Assembly: GCA_049322915.1 (NCBI GenBank)
Contig: JBMOPW010000014.1
Coordinates: 96,001 to 160,000, forward strand
Length of the DNA: 64,000 nt
Origin: Candidatus Zhuqueibacterota bacterium
Lineage (GTDB): Bacteria > Zhuqueibacterota > Zhuqueibacteria > Thermofontimicrobiales > Thermofontimicrobiaceae
Direction of reading: 5' to 3'
Below the pieces are notes generated by a model. It worked only from the letters and a program-made list of their open reading frames with translations, made no database searches and was not told the origin of the DNA. Both the position numbers and the translations under genes were made by a program. Of the stretch, positions 49,516 to 59,337 are shown one piece after another. Position 1 is the first letter of the stretch. Every line of letters begins with the position of its first letter.

Positions 49516-49755
49516 CATATAATAGAAGATTTTACTTATCAAGTACAGTCTTTGATCAACATGTTAAATACAATTTTAATAGAACCTTTAGGATACAGAG
49601 CGAAACAAAAGAACGATGAATTTTGGAACAACTATTCTCAGATCCTGAATAAGCTGACTTTTGAATTTGGCAGGGAATTTTGTATTGATGGAATAATTGA
49701 CTGGAAAAAGTTAGTGCAGTTTAACTCATCCAATGATTTGAAGTTACAAGGCTAA
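49516..49755 (+). pseudogene. C-terminal remnant of a PmeII/EcoO109I-like type II restriction endonuclease
   Basis: IEPLGYRAKQKNDEF...YSQILNKLT.EF..EFC.DG.IDW.KLVQFNS resembles the C-terminus of this REase family (recognised by eye); no N-terminal part. Confidence 0.65.
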
Positions 49756-49935
49756 AAAACAGTTCGAATGCCCGCGGATAGCCTGTATGACTGGAGAGCG
49801 AAGTTACATAAATCCGCGGTGACTGAGCCCTGTTTGCCTGTTCAGAATGCCGCGCCGTTCGGGCCGCGCAGCCAGATCAGTGTCAGGTTCGGATCGTCAA
49901 CGCTCGATTCAATCAGGAAGCATGTTTCTTTCAGA

Positions 49936-51171
49936 ATGAATATTTTATACATCACACAATACTATCCGCCGGAGATTGGCGCAACGCAAACCCGCGCCGT
50001 GGAAATGGCCAAAAATCTGGTGCAGCGGGGGCATGCGGTCACCGTGCTGACAGAGTTTCCGAATCATCCCACTGGCGTGATCCCTGAAAAGTATCGGTTC
50101 AAATTATTTCAGCGCGAGACCGATTCCGGCATTGACGTCCTCCGAATGTGGGTCTACGCCAGACCCAAAAAGAATTTTGCAACGCGGATGCTGTTCTACC
50201 TCAGCTTTATGGTGACGGCGATTATTGGCGGACTGGCGCTTCGGAAAAAATTCGATGTGGTTTTTGCTACATCACCGCCTCTTTTTGTTGGCGCAGCCGG
50301 TGCTGTCATTTGTTTTTTCCGAAGAGCGAAGTTAGTCCTGGAAGTGCGGGATTTATGGCCGGAGACAGCGGTTATTCTCGGTGAATTATCCAATAAATAT
50401 TTTATAAACCTTTCCGAAAAACTGGAGCTATTCCTATATAATACATCTGAACGCATTGTCACAGTGACGTCCGGTTTTAAGAACCGTATCATCGAGCGGG
50501 CAAAAGTGCCTCCTGAGAAAATTATTGTCATTCCCAACGGCGCCAACACCGAGCTATATCGCCCGGGCGAAAAAGATACGACGGTTCTGCAGAACCTGGA
50601 CATTGACGCAGCGACATTCATCATCGGGTATACCGGGCTCCATGGCTTGATGCACGGATTGGATTTTGTCGTCGAGGTGGCCAATCAGTTAAGGGAAGAG
50701 AAAGATATCTTCTTTCTTTTCATCGGCGAGGGCGTGCGCAAAGCGCATTTAATTGAAACCGCCCGGAAATATGGGCTGGGCAACATGATGTTTTTAGAGG
50801 CTCAGGCTGAGGAACAACTGCCGCGTTATATTCAAACGTGCGACCTGGGATTGACGACCATTAAAAAAACAATCGTTTCCGATCGGGTCATCCCGGTCAA
50901 AGTCTTCACCTACATGGCCTGCGCGAAACCGGTGCTGCTCTGCGTGGATGGCGAGACCCGGGAGATCGTTGAGCAGGCCGGGGCCGGACTCTTTGCCGAG
51001 CCGGAAAATGTGGACCAGCTCAAGGATGCTATTCTTAAATTGAAGAACGATCCGGCGCGATGCAGAACCATGGGGCAAAATGGGCGGCGCCTTGTGGAGC
51101 AGCATTATTCCCGAGCCGCGCTCGCACAGAAATTGGAGCAGTGCCTGCTGGAGGCTTCTGCCGGTCGATAA
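49936..51171 (+). CDS. Glycosyltransferase family 4 (WbuB/WcaI-like)
   Basis: MNILYITQYYPPEIGA, FPNHP, TSPPLF, EVRDLWPE, PVKVFTYMA. Confidence 0.9.
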   Translation: MNILYITQYYPPEIGATQTRAVEMAKNLVQRGHAVTVLTEFPNHPTGVIPEKYRFKLFQRETDSGIDVLRMWVYARPKKNFATRMLFYLSFMVTAIIGGLALRKKFDVVFATSPPLFVGAAGAVICFFRRAKLVLEVRDLWPETAVILGELSNKYFINLSEKLELFLYNTSERIVTVTSGFKNRIIERAKVPPEKIIVIPNGANTELYRPGEKDTTVLQNLDIDAATFIIGYTGLHGLMHGLDFVVEVANQLREEKDIFFLFIGEGVRKAHLIETARKYGLGNMMFLEAQAEEQLPRYIQTCDLGLTTIKKTIVSDRVIPVKVFTYMACAKPVLLCVDGETREIVEQAGAGLFAEPENVDQLKDAILKLKNDPARCRTMGQNGRRLVEQHYSRAALAQKLEQCLLEASAGR

Positions 51172-51189
51172 ACGCAATCAGATAAAATT

Positions 51190-52284
51190 ATGTGGTATTA
51201 TCTTTTCGGATATATTTTCATTCTCACTTTCGCTGTCAGCTATGCGCTGGTTCCTGCCATTCGAACAATGGCTGAAAAGCTGGCTGTTTTAGATCATCCT
51301 GGGGAACGTAAAATTCACACGACTCCCAAGCCTCGAATGGGTGGATTGGCGTTTGTGTCTTCCTTTGTGCTCGTTATTATGCTGCACATTGCCGGTCTAT
51401 ACGTGTTCCGGGACAGCGATTTGATCGCACAGCATTTTCCAATGGTGGTTCGGGTGATGGATCGGCTCAGCAGCGTGCTGCCCAAACTTATGGTGATCCT
51501 GATCGGGGGAGTATTGATGACTGTGATCGGTCTGCTGGACGATTACTTTCGCGAGCAGTTTTCGTACCGGTTCAAATTTCTGGCTCAGTTTGCAGTGGCA
51601 GCGCTGGTGGTTTCATTCGGCATTCGGACGGAGTTTTTGCCCGGCGCCATTCTGGATATTCTCGTCTCGGTGATTTGGATTGTAGGGATGAGCAATTCCT
51701 TCAATCTGCTGGATAATATGGATGGTCTGGCGGCCGGGATTTCAGTGATTTCCGCTCTGTTATTTTTTATCATTTCCATTGTGCAGCAGCAGGTGTTTAT
51801 GGCGTTCATCTTCTGCGCGTTTGCCGGAAGTGTGTCAGGCTTTTTGCCGTATAATTTCAAGCCCGCCAAAATTTTTATGGGGGATACCGGCAGCCTGTTC
51901 ATCGGATTTTTGTTCGGCGCGTTGACGCTTCAGAGTTCCTATCGCGTGCCGGGGAGCCATTCGCTGATTACGGTCATTCTGCCGGTGATCATTCTGAGCA
52001 TCCCGATCTATGATACCCTGTCGGTGATCCTGATACGGATGAGAGAACGGCGCTCGATTTTCATTGGCGACAAATGCCATTTTTCACATCGATTGGTCAA
52101 TCTCGGTTTCTCGGAAAAATGGGCGGTCCTGTTCATCTATCTGATTTCGTTGTGCATCGGGATCGGTTCGCTGCTTTTGCCCTATACGCCGCTGTGGGGA
52201 AATATTCTGATTTTAATGCAAGCAATTTCCATTTATATCCTGATTACCGCCCTGATGGTTGTTGGACGAAATAACCATTGCTGA
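51190..52284 (+). CDS. MraY/WecA-family polyprenyl-phosphate HexNAc-1-P transferase (copy 2)
   Basis: DHPGERKIH..P.PRMGG, GLLDD, NSFNLLDNMDGLA, IFMGDTG, DKCHFSH. Confidence 0.92.
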   Translation: MWYYLFGYIFILTFAVSYALVPAIRTMAEKLAVLDHPGERKIHTTPKPRMGGLAFVSSFVLVIMLHIAGLYVFRDSDLIAQHFPMVVRVMDRLSSVLPKLMVILIGGVLMTVIGLLDDYFREQFSYRFKFLAQFAVAALVVSFGIRTEFLPGAILDILVSVIWIVGMSNSFNLLDNMDGLAAGISVISALLFFIISIVQQQVFMAFIFCAFAGSVSGFLPYNFKPAKIFMGDTGSLFIGFLFGALTLQSSYRVPGSHSLITVILPVIILSIPIYDTLSVILIRMRERRSIFIGDKCHFSHRLVNLGFSEKWAVLFIYLISLCIGIGSLLLPYTPLWGNILILMQAISIYILITALMVVGRNNHC

Positions 52285-52488
52285 GAGAGAAAAATTTTAG
52301 AGATATTTTTTTCTAATGTATTGATGTTTGATGTCGAGAGTCACATATAAAAAGTGGAGAAGCGAATAATTAATTTATAACATGTGCCGATACATGTAAA
52401 TAACCAACATGAAAACGAGACGATCCATCGTGGAGTAGAGCTAACGAATTACGGTTCAGACCAAAAATAAATTTTAAAGGAGCAATGT

Positions 52489-53463
52489 ATGAGAGCATTA
52501 ATCACTGGTGGCGCTGGTTTTATTGGGTCGCACCTGGCAGAAGAATTACTGCGTCGTGGCGACATGGTGTTTGTCATTGATGATCTGTCAACAGGGAGGT
52601 TGGAGAATGTGGAGCACTTAATGACCAGCCCCCGGTTTAATATTGCTGTGGAATCGATTTTAAATGAAACAGTGATGGATCGATTGGTCAGCGAGTGCGA
52701 TATCATTTATCATCTGGCTGCGGCAGTTGGGGTGGAATTGATTGTGAGCCGGCCGGTCGAGGTGATCGAGACGAATATTTTGGGCACCCACATGGTGCTG
52801 AAGGTAGCGAAGCGCTACCTCAAAAAAGTGCTGCTGACGTCGACGTCGGAAATCTATGGCAAAAGTGACAAGATTCCGTTCAAAGAAAATGATGACCGCG
52901 TATTAGGCCCCACGACAAAAAATCGGTGGAGTTATTCCAGTTCCAAGGCAATCGATGAGTTTCTGGCATTGGCCTATCACAAAGAGAAGGATCTGGAAGT
53001 TGTTCTTGTGCGATTATTCAATACGGTTGGACCGCGGCAAACAGGACGTTACGGGATGGTGATTCCGCGATTCGTCGTTCAGGCGCTCAAGGGCGAACCG
53101 ATTACAGTATACGGCTCCGGAAAACAGATCCGCTGCTTCACCTACGTTTCGGATGTGGTCGATGCCATCATCAATCTGGCGTACAATGCCGAAGCGGTCG
53201 GCCAAATTTTTAACGTCGGTAACACAGAGTCCATCAGCATCAATGACCTGGCTGTGAAAGTGAAAGAGATGACAAATTCCAGTTCCGAGATCGTGCACAT
53301 CCCCTACGACCAGGCGTACGAAGAAGGGTTCGAGGATATGACCATTCGCGTCCCGGATTTGTCAAAGATTAAAACGCTGATCGGTTATCAGCCGAGCGTT
53401 CAGCTAACAGAAATCCTGGAAAATGTCATTGAATATTTTACCAACGAGCGATTGAGGTATTGA
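52489..53463 (+). CDS. NAD-dependent nucleotide-sugar epimerase/dehydratase (extended SDR)
   Basis: TGGAGFIGSH, STSEIYG, YSSSK, RLFNTVGPRQ. Confidence 0.92.
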   Translation: MRALITGGAGFIGSHLAEELLRRGDMVFVIDDLSTGRLENVEHLMTSPRFNIAVESILNETVMDRLVSECDIIYHLAAAVGVELIVSRPVEVIETNILGTHMVLKVAKRYLKKVLLTSTSEIYGKSDKIPFKENDDRVLGPTTKNRWSYSSSKAIDEFLALAYHKEKDLEVVLVRLFNTVGPRQTGRYGMVIPRFVVQALKGEPITVYGSGKQIRCFTYVSDVVDAIINLAYNAEAVGQIFNVGNTESISINDLAVKVKEMTNSSSEIVHIPYDQAYEEGFEDMTIRVPDLSKIKTLIGYQPSVQLTEILENVIEYFTNERLRY

Positions 53464-53635
53464 CACGGCGGAGAACTCCTGTCTTTCGATTGCTGGCTAT
53501 CGTGTCCTCTTTAGCAGGCGAAGTCTTCTTCGTCAGATGGGGTGATTTTTATAAATTTGAATGAAGTGCTTTGCCCGTTTGAAATGTGTTGATACGATGT
53601 ATGATGGCGCCGCGCTTCAATTATAGGCTAAATTG

Positions 53636-53681
53636 AAAAAGGGAATTGCAACAGACAGCGGTCTGGCAATTCCCTTTTTTT
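53636..53681. terminator. Bidirectional intrinsic terminator between convergent operons
   Basis: AAAAAGGGAATTGC...GCAATTCCCTTTTTT. Confidence 0.8.
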
Positions 53682-53768
53682 GTGAATTTTGTTTCTGGCA
53701 GCGTGGGAAAGATGGGCGTTCTGGCCGGTGAAAAGGCATTCTTGAAATCCGGCCGGGAGTGTGCCGGT

Positions 53769-54173
53769 TTATTCAGCCTTCATTTTCGTCGCGATAATGA
53801 GCTTTTCCAATCCACTGAGTTTCGCGATGTCCATCACCTGAACGACGGTCCCGTGAGAGACATGCTTATCCGCTTTCAGGACGAGCGATTTATCCTTGAG
53901 TGAAGGAATCAATTGCTTGAATTTCGCGCTGAGGTCGTTCATGGCTACCTGTTCGTTGTTCAAGATCAGGATGTCGTCGTTGCGTATTTCCAAGATCAGT
54001 TCTTTAATTTTTTCAGAAGCAGCGGAAGCTGACTCAGGCAATTCCAGCTTCATGCCCTGCTGTTCAGTGAAAGAGGTGGAGACCATGAAAAAGATCAGCA
54101 GGATGAATTGCACGTCCACCAGGGATGTGATGTTGATGCTGACTTTGCGATTCCGGGTACTCTTCAGTTGCAT
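53769..54173 (-). CDS. exbD: ExbD/TolR biopolymer transport protein
   Basis: INITSLVDV..ILLIFFMV, LKADK.V.HG.VV.VMD. Confidence 0.9.
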   Translation of the reverse strand: MQLKSTRNRKVSINITSLVDVQFILLIFFMVSTSFTEQQGMKLELPESASAASEKIKELILEIRNDDILILNNEQVAMNDLSAKFKQLIPSLKDKSLVLKADKHVSHGTVVQVMDIAKLSGLEKLIIATKMKAE

Positions 54174-54180
54174 GGTTGAT

Positions 54181-54831
54181 TCATTCCTCGTTTCTGTTTT
54201 TTAACGGTTGCGCAGGCGATTTAAATCGGTTCAGTTTTCTGATCAGCGTCGATGTAAATTTTTCGATGTCCAGAATAAAATTTTCCGCTTTGTGCGTGAA
54301 GTAATTATACATGAACAAAGCCGGAATACCAATGAACAAACCGGCCACGGTTGTTATCAAAGCTTCTGCGATGCCGCCTGACAGGAGTTGCGCCTGTCCA
54401 ATGCCTTTTTCGGTGATCACTGTAAAAACGCTGACCATACCTAAAACCGTTCCGAGCAATCCCATGAGCGGAGCAATGCCGGCGATTGTTTCCAGCATGG
54501 CCAGTCCCTTTTCCAACTCCCGCACTTCCTGCCGACCCTGCTCCTCGATCAACTCCTTCAGTTCCGCTTTATCGAGATCGCTATTTTCCAGTCCGAGCAT
54601 GATGATGTTGGCGAAGGCGCCTTTGTTCTTGTTGCAAATGGAAATGGCTAAATGAATATCCTCCGGCCGTTGCAGCGTTTCAATGACATTGATGATCTCG
54701 GGAATCAGCACTTTCTTTCTTCTCAACGAAATCGATCGTTCGATAATAATGGCGAGAGCGATGATTGAACTAATGACGAGTGGAATCATCATGATCCCAC
54801 CGCGCTGTAATGTCGTCCAGGCTTCTTGCAT
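54181..54831 (-). CDS. exbB: ExbB/TolQ/MotA proton channel protein
   Basis: APLMGLLGTVLGM, GGIAEALITTVAGL. Confidence 0.9.
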   Translation of the reverse strand: MQEAWTTLQRGGIMMIPLVISSIIALAIIIERSISLRRKKVLIPEIINVIETLQRPEDIHLAISICNKNKGAFANIIMLGLENSDLDKAELKELIEEQGRQEVRELEKGLAMLETIAGIAPLMGLLGTVLGMVSVFTVITEKGIGQAQLLSGGIAEALITTVAGLFIGIPALFMYNYFTHKAENFILDIEKFTSTLIRKLNRFKSPAQPLKNRNEE

Positions 54832-55073
54832 CAGTTTCAGTTCCTGTCGTTATGAGTGATAATCGATTATGAGTTTAATAGGCATGACCAATTGGATTGA
54901 TCGATTGAAATATAAACCAGAATAGCTTCTGCTCAGGGCAAATATTCACTTCGCTCTTTCGTCATCGTTGACTGACGGGGAAAACAAAAATTCTACGATC
55001 GTGCCGCATCGTGGCAGGCAATTTCTCTCTTATTTTTTCAGAATTTAGCCTGTCGCGATCTGCGCGCAGTCTT

Positions 55074-55967
55074 TCACCGCTTAATGAAATACGTGAATGA
55101 TGCGGTGACCTCCAGATAATTTTCCGGAAAATCCGCCGGCAAATTTCTGAACGGCGAAGAAATCTGAATGGCTTTCAGGCTTGTCTCCATGAGTGATTCA
55201 TGCCCGTTGTATTTTAAAACCTCCAAATCTTTGACCTCGCCATTTGGCATCACTTTGAATCGCAGTATTGTTTCGCCGCTGATGAGCCCCATGTGCGTGA
55301 ATGCCGGCGGCGGGAACACGTTTTTTTCGACCTTGCGTTTCATCTCCAGCATGTAGGGCGCAAAGTCCCACTCATACGTGTTGAATGAAAAACCGCCCAA
55401 TTCATCTGCTGAAAATTTTGTATTTTCGTACAGCGGCTTCTGAGCGCTTCGCTGTTGCGGCGTCGGGGGCTCTGGTGTTCCATCGGCCATCAATTGCTTT
55501 CGGCTGAATTTTTCATGGGTATATTCCACCAACCCCAGCTCTTCCGGTTCGGACTCGGTTTTGTTTGCCATTTCGGATTCGTCGCGCTGAGACTGGTTCC
55601 TCTGTTGATTCGCCAGAGAGGACTGAGCTTCCGGCACTTCCTTGACATCAAAATCTCCCTCAGAATAAGGATTGCCGATGGGCAAAGAGGGATCGCTGTT
55701 CATATCCCGAGCGCGCGAGTTTTTATCGGAAACCAGATCGGTCTCCGAGGCCGGCGTTTCGTCCGGACTATTTTCAGGCGTCTCGACGAGCTCGAATTCG
55801 ATGCGCTTCTCAGGCTCCATCGCAGCGTTGTCCTGTGCAGGCTCGAGGCTATTAGCAGCTATCGGAAAAAGCTGAATTTCACTCAAATACCTGTAGGAAA
55901 AAAACAGCAGCAAGTGCAAGAGTAGTGAGAGTATAACCGCTATTTTTATCAGATGTTTCTTGAACAT
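55074..55967 (-). CDS. TonB/TolA-family energy transducer
   Basis: TM with SLLLH motif, Pro/Glu-rich linker, TonB_C-like tail (FKVMPNGEV...SSPFRNLP); adjacent to exbBD. Confidence 0.8.
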   Translation of the reverse strand: MFKKHLIKIAVILSLLLHLLLFFSYRYLSEIQLFPIAANSLEPAQDNAAMEPEKRIEFELVETPENSPDETPASETDLVSDKNSRARDMNSDPSLPIGNPYSEGDFDVKEVPEAQSSLANQQRNQSQRDESEMANKTESEPEELGLVEYTHEKFSRKQLMADGTPEPPTPQQRSAQKPLYENTKFSADELGGFSFNTYEWDFAPYMLEMKRKVEKNVFPPPAFTHMGLISGETILRFKVMPNGEVKDLEVLKYNGHESLMETSLKAIQISSPFRNLPADFPENYLEVTASFTYFIKR

Positions 55968-55986
55968 GGCTGTTGTGCAAATCCAT

Positions 55987-56748
55987 CTAAATTGTAATTC
56001 TCAGAAAATCCCGCGCAATGGAAATTTCGCTGTCGAAGATTGTTTTGCATCGAGTTCGGATTTCCATTTCAATTTTATCGAATGGCGGATAAAGATGCGT
56101 CAATACCAGGCGCCGACACCCGGCTCTGGCAGCGATGGTAGCGGCTGCTGTGGGAGTCAAATGACCTGCAACAGGGTGATCGTCGGTAAAGGAGCATTCC
56201 AGAATGAGGATATCGGCACGATGCGCAAGTTCGATAATTTCCTGACAAAATCCCGTGTCCCCGGAATAGACGATGGCTGCTCCGCTTTCGTCCTCAAGCC
56301 GATATCCAATGGCCGCATGGCTGTGATGCATTGGCGCCGTTCGAAGTCGGAACAGCGCCGTCGAAATCTGATCGGATAATAATTCATGAATGGAGAGAGG
56401 GAATTCTGGTGTCAGAACCCAGGTCCCATACGCCTGACTCAATAATCCCATAAACCTGGTGAACGATGATGGGCCATAGAGATGCAATTCCCTGGTTCGC
56501 TGAAAATCTGGTGTGGTGTGGAGCGCCTGAATGAGCGGAATTAAATCCGCTGTGTGGTCTGAATGAGTATGCGTCAAAAAGACATGATTGAGGTCAGTGT
56601 ACATAATACCGGCGCTCAACAAGCGAGTCAATGTGCCGGAGCCGCAGTCGAAAAGAAGGGGTTCAGTTCCAACTTTTATGAGAATTCCAGGAGCGCTTTT
56701 TTCGAGAGACGGTATCCCTGTCCCTGAGCCTAAGAAGGTAATTTCCAT
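55987..56748 (-). CDS. MBL-fold metallo-hydrolase (RNase Z/BN-like)
   Basis: LGSG, DCGSG, THTHSDH, YSGDT, HLTP, LTHLY. Confidence 0.85.
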   Translation of the reverse strand: MEITFLGSGTGIPSLEKSAPGILIKVGTEPLLFDCGSGTLTRLLSAGIMYTDLNHVFLTHTHSDHTADLIPLIQALHTTPDFQRTRELHLYGPSSFTRFMGLLSQAYGTWVLTPEFPLSIHELLSDQISTALFRLRTAPMHHSHAAIGYRLEDESGAAIVYSGDTGFCQEIIELAHRADILILECSFTDDHPVAGHLTPTAAATIAARAGCRRLVLTHLYPPFDKIEMEIRTRCKTIFDSEISIARDFLRITI

Positions 56749-56764
56749 TCACATTCAATAATTA

Positions 56765-57082
56765 TCATGTTTCACTGTTGACCCAGGCTACATAGTCATC
56801 TGCGCCGGCGATAATGGGCAGCGCAATTATCTCAGGTGTTTCATAACTATGAAGCGCTTTAATTTCCAGGGCTACCTCGTTGAATTTGCTGCGTCGGGTT
56901 TTTAGAATCATCAGGACTTCGTGTTCATGGTTGATTTTCCCCTGCCAGCGAAAAATTGAAAAAACCGGGCTGACCATTGAGCCACAGGCGATCAACTTTT
57001 TTTCTACTAAGGCGCTGGTTATTAGTTCCGCCTCCTGCTGGTTGGCGGCCGTGACAAAGATGACAATGATATCTTCGTTCAT
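56765..57082 (-). CDS. cutA: Divalent-cation tolerance protein CutA
   Basis: LVEKKLIAC, SIFRWQG, HSYETPEII. Confidence 0.92.
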   Translation of the reverse strand: MNEDIIVIFVTAANQQEAELITSALVEKKLIACGSMVSPVFSIFRWQGKINHEHEVLMILKTRRSKFNEVALEIKALHSYETPEIIALPIIAGADDYVAWVNSET

Positions 57083-57088
57083 TCCGCA

Positions 57089-57394
57089 TCACCTTTTCAA
57101 TTTTCTTCCCAATGCCTTTTCAATCGATTCAATTTTGCCGCGCAGCCGGAATTGTGCGCCCTCTCTGTCGTCGATAGAAATATGCGTGACGACGCGGTTG
57201 GAGTACATGCGCATGGTGATGTGGCAGAGTTTAATGACATCGAACACCTCATCCGTTGTGCCTTCGACGATGGTGCCCATGGCGGTCAATTGATATTCCA
57301 GTCCACTCTGGTCGATGATGTTCAGGATTTCAGCGACATAGCTGCTGACGCTTTCTCCCTTATCAGTCGGAACAACGCTGAATTCAGCTAACAT
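57089..57394 (-). CDS. MTH1187/YkoF-family thiamine-binding protein
   Basis: EFSVVP...SVSSYVA...SGLEYQLTAMGTIVEG...IDDR. Confidence 0.88.
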   Translation of the reverse strand: MLAEFSVVPTDKGESVSSYVAEILNIIDQSGLEYQLTAMGTIVEGTTDEVFDVIKLCHITMRMYSNRVVTHISIDDREGAQFRLRGKIESIEKALGRKLKR

Positions 57395-57523
57395 AGTGTA
57401 TGGGGTCCTTTTTTTGAATTTCCGGATTGAGAAATCCGCGACAAGGTTGCTCAGAAGTTAGACGATGCATTGAGTGGGATAGTTTGAAGGTGAAAAAAAA
57501 TAGGTTTGAAAACAGGTAAAAAG

Positions 57524-58459
57524 CTAACGGTTTTCAATGTTCACAGGCGAGGCCAGTAACTGGGTGAGCTTTTGTTTCGTGTCCTCGTCCTCCGGATCGA
57601 TTTTATTGGCAATGATGTATTCGCTGATGGCTTTTTCTTCGAGACCCTGAATTTCGAAAATCCGTCCCAGGAAATAATGGGCGATAAAATTATTCGGTTC
57701 AAATTCCAGAATGGCCTCATATTCCCGAACAGCATTATCCCAATACCCTAACCGCGTGTAGATTTCGGCCAGCCCCAGATGTTCTTCTTTTTGATTGCTA
57801 CCAAATTTGACGGCGTTAGAAAATGCATCGATGGCCAGTTGGTACTCGATTTTGCTTTTGTACACAATGCCGAGAAGGAAATATAGACTGCCCTCGTGGG
57901 GATACAAATCAAGGACGCGCTTGAAGCAGTATTCGGCCCGGTCCAGCATGCCCATTTGATAATACACCTTGCCGAGATGAATGCGCAGCGGCGCCGTATC
58001 GTAACCCTTCTGGATGGCGGTCTCCATGGCTTTGCGCGCCTGGGAATAGTTGCGTTTGATGAAATGGATCAAACCCAGTTCGTAGCAGAGCGACGGCGAC
58101 GGCGAATTCAATTGCTGGGCGTGCGTTAAATTTTCATAGGCTTCATCGATGCGATTCAAATCGCGCAAATTCCTCCCGATGATTTCATAGATTTCCGGGA
58201 GCAGCCTCTGATGCTTGCGCTTTCGATTGCAGATCGCGATGACCTGCTCGTACTTTTTCTGGGCTTCCAATCGCGCGACTTTTTTCCGCCATGAAACTGG
58301 GGATAGCGCCCAAATTTTGAAGTGATGCCATAGCCGGCTTTTTTTCCAGGTAATTTCGAAAAAGAGAAACAGGTTTTTGAAGTGCAACCGCATGTTCCAC
58401 AGCTTGAGGTAAAAGAGCGCCCATTTATTTCGTGAATTATTTTTGTTCATACCCGGCAA
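57524..58459 (-). CDS. Tetratricopeptide repeat protein
   Basis: Consecutive TPR motifs (YELGLIH, HLGKVYYQMG, FLLGIVY, HYFLGRIF). Confidence 0.85.
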   Translation of the reverse strand: MPGMNKNNSRNKWALFYLKLWNMRLHFKNLFLFFEITWKKSRLWHHFKIWALSPVSWRKKVARLEAQKKYEQVIAICNRKRKHQRLLPEIYEIIGRNLRDLNRIDEAYENLTHAQQLNSPSPSLCYELGLIHFIKRNYSQARKAMETAIQKGYDTAPLRIHLGKVYYQMGMLDRAEYCFKRVLDLYPHEGSLYFLLGIVYKSKIEYQLAIDAFSNAVKFGSNQKEEHLGLAEIYTRLGYWDNAVREYEAILEFEPNNFIAHYFLGRIFEIQGLEEKAISEYIIANKIDPEDEDTKQKLTQLLASPVNIENR

Positions 58460-58512
58460 TTGGATTACAAGCGTTATTGAGAATCGCCCTGATTAATTGG
58501 GAGTGTCGTGAA

Positions 58513-59337
58513 TTACCATGAAGGCATGCGTTTTAAAATTTCTTTCATCAATCGAACGAAGGTATCTTTGATCCGATCTGCTGTTTCCGTGACTTCTTCA
58601 TGACTGAGCTTTTTATCGCCGATGCCGGTCGCCAGGTTGGTAATGCAGGACATGCCAAGGACCCGTATTCGCATTTGACGCGCAACAATCACTTCGGGCA
58701 CGGTTGACATGGTCGCAGCGTCGCCGCCCAGAATGCGCGACATCCTTATCTCGGCGGCTGTTTCGTACGAAGGGCCTTTGGACGTGACCAGGATGCCGGT
58801 CTGAACTTTAATTCCCAGTTCCGCCGCGACCTGTTTGGCTCGCTGGATGAAAATACCGTCGTAAGCCTCGAACAAATCGACAAATCGTTCTTCCGCGGAA
58901 ATTGCGTTATTGCCGATGAGCGGATTGTCGAATAACAAGTTGATGTGATCGGTGATTATCATCAAATCGCCTGGCTGAAAATTTTTGTTAATTCCGCCAG
59001 CAGCATTGGTCACAACGAGATTCCGGACGCCCAATGTTGACAGCAGTCTGATGGGATATGTTGTCTCAAAAGCGGAGTAGCCCTCGTACGTGTGCACCCG
59101 TCCCTTCAGTGCGATGATGGACTGATCTCCCAGTTGGCCGATGATCCATTTCCCGGCATGGCCGGCGACTCGTGGTTTCGGGTAATGCGGTATCTGCTCG
59201 CAGTTGATTGTAATTTTGTTCTGGAGTTCATCGGCTAAAGATCCAAGACCGGAGCCAAGAACAATGGCCGTTGTGGGATTGGATTTTATTTTTGGTTTGA
59301 GAAATTCGAACGATTGATTCAATTTTTCCTGCATCAT
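58513..59337 (-). CDS. punA: Purine-nucleoside phosphorylase (trimeric PunA/XapA type)
   Basis: VLGSGLG, GRVHTYEG, TNAAGG, GPSYET.AE, MSTVPE, SCITN. Confidence 0.93.
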   Translation of the reverse strand: MMQEKLNQSFEFLKPKIKSNPTTAIVLGSGLGSLADELQNKITINCEQIPHYPKPRVAGHAGKWIIGQLGDQSIIALKGRVHTYEGYSAFETTYPIRLLSTLGVRNLVVTNAAGGINKNFQPGDLMIITDHINLLFDNPLIGNNAISAEERFVDLFEAYDGIFIQRAKQVAAELGIKVQTGILVTSKGPSYETAAEIRMSRILGGDAATMSTVPEVIVARQMRIRVLGMSCITNLATGIGDKKLSHEEVTETADRIKDTFVRLMKEILKRMPSW

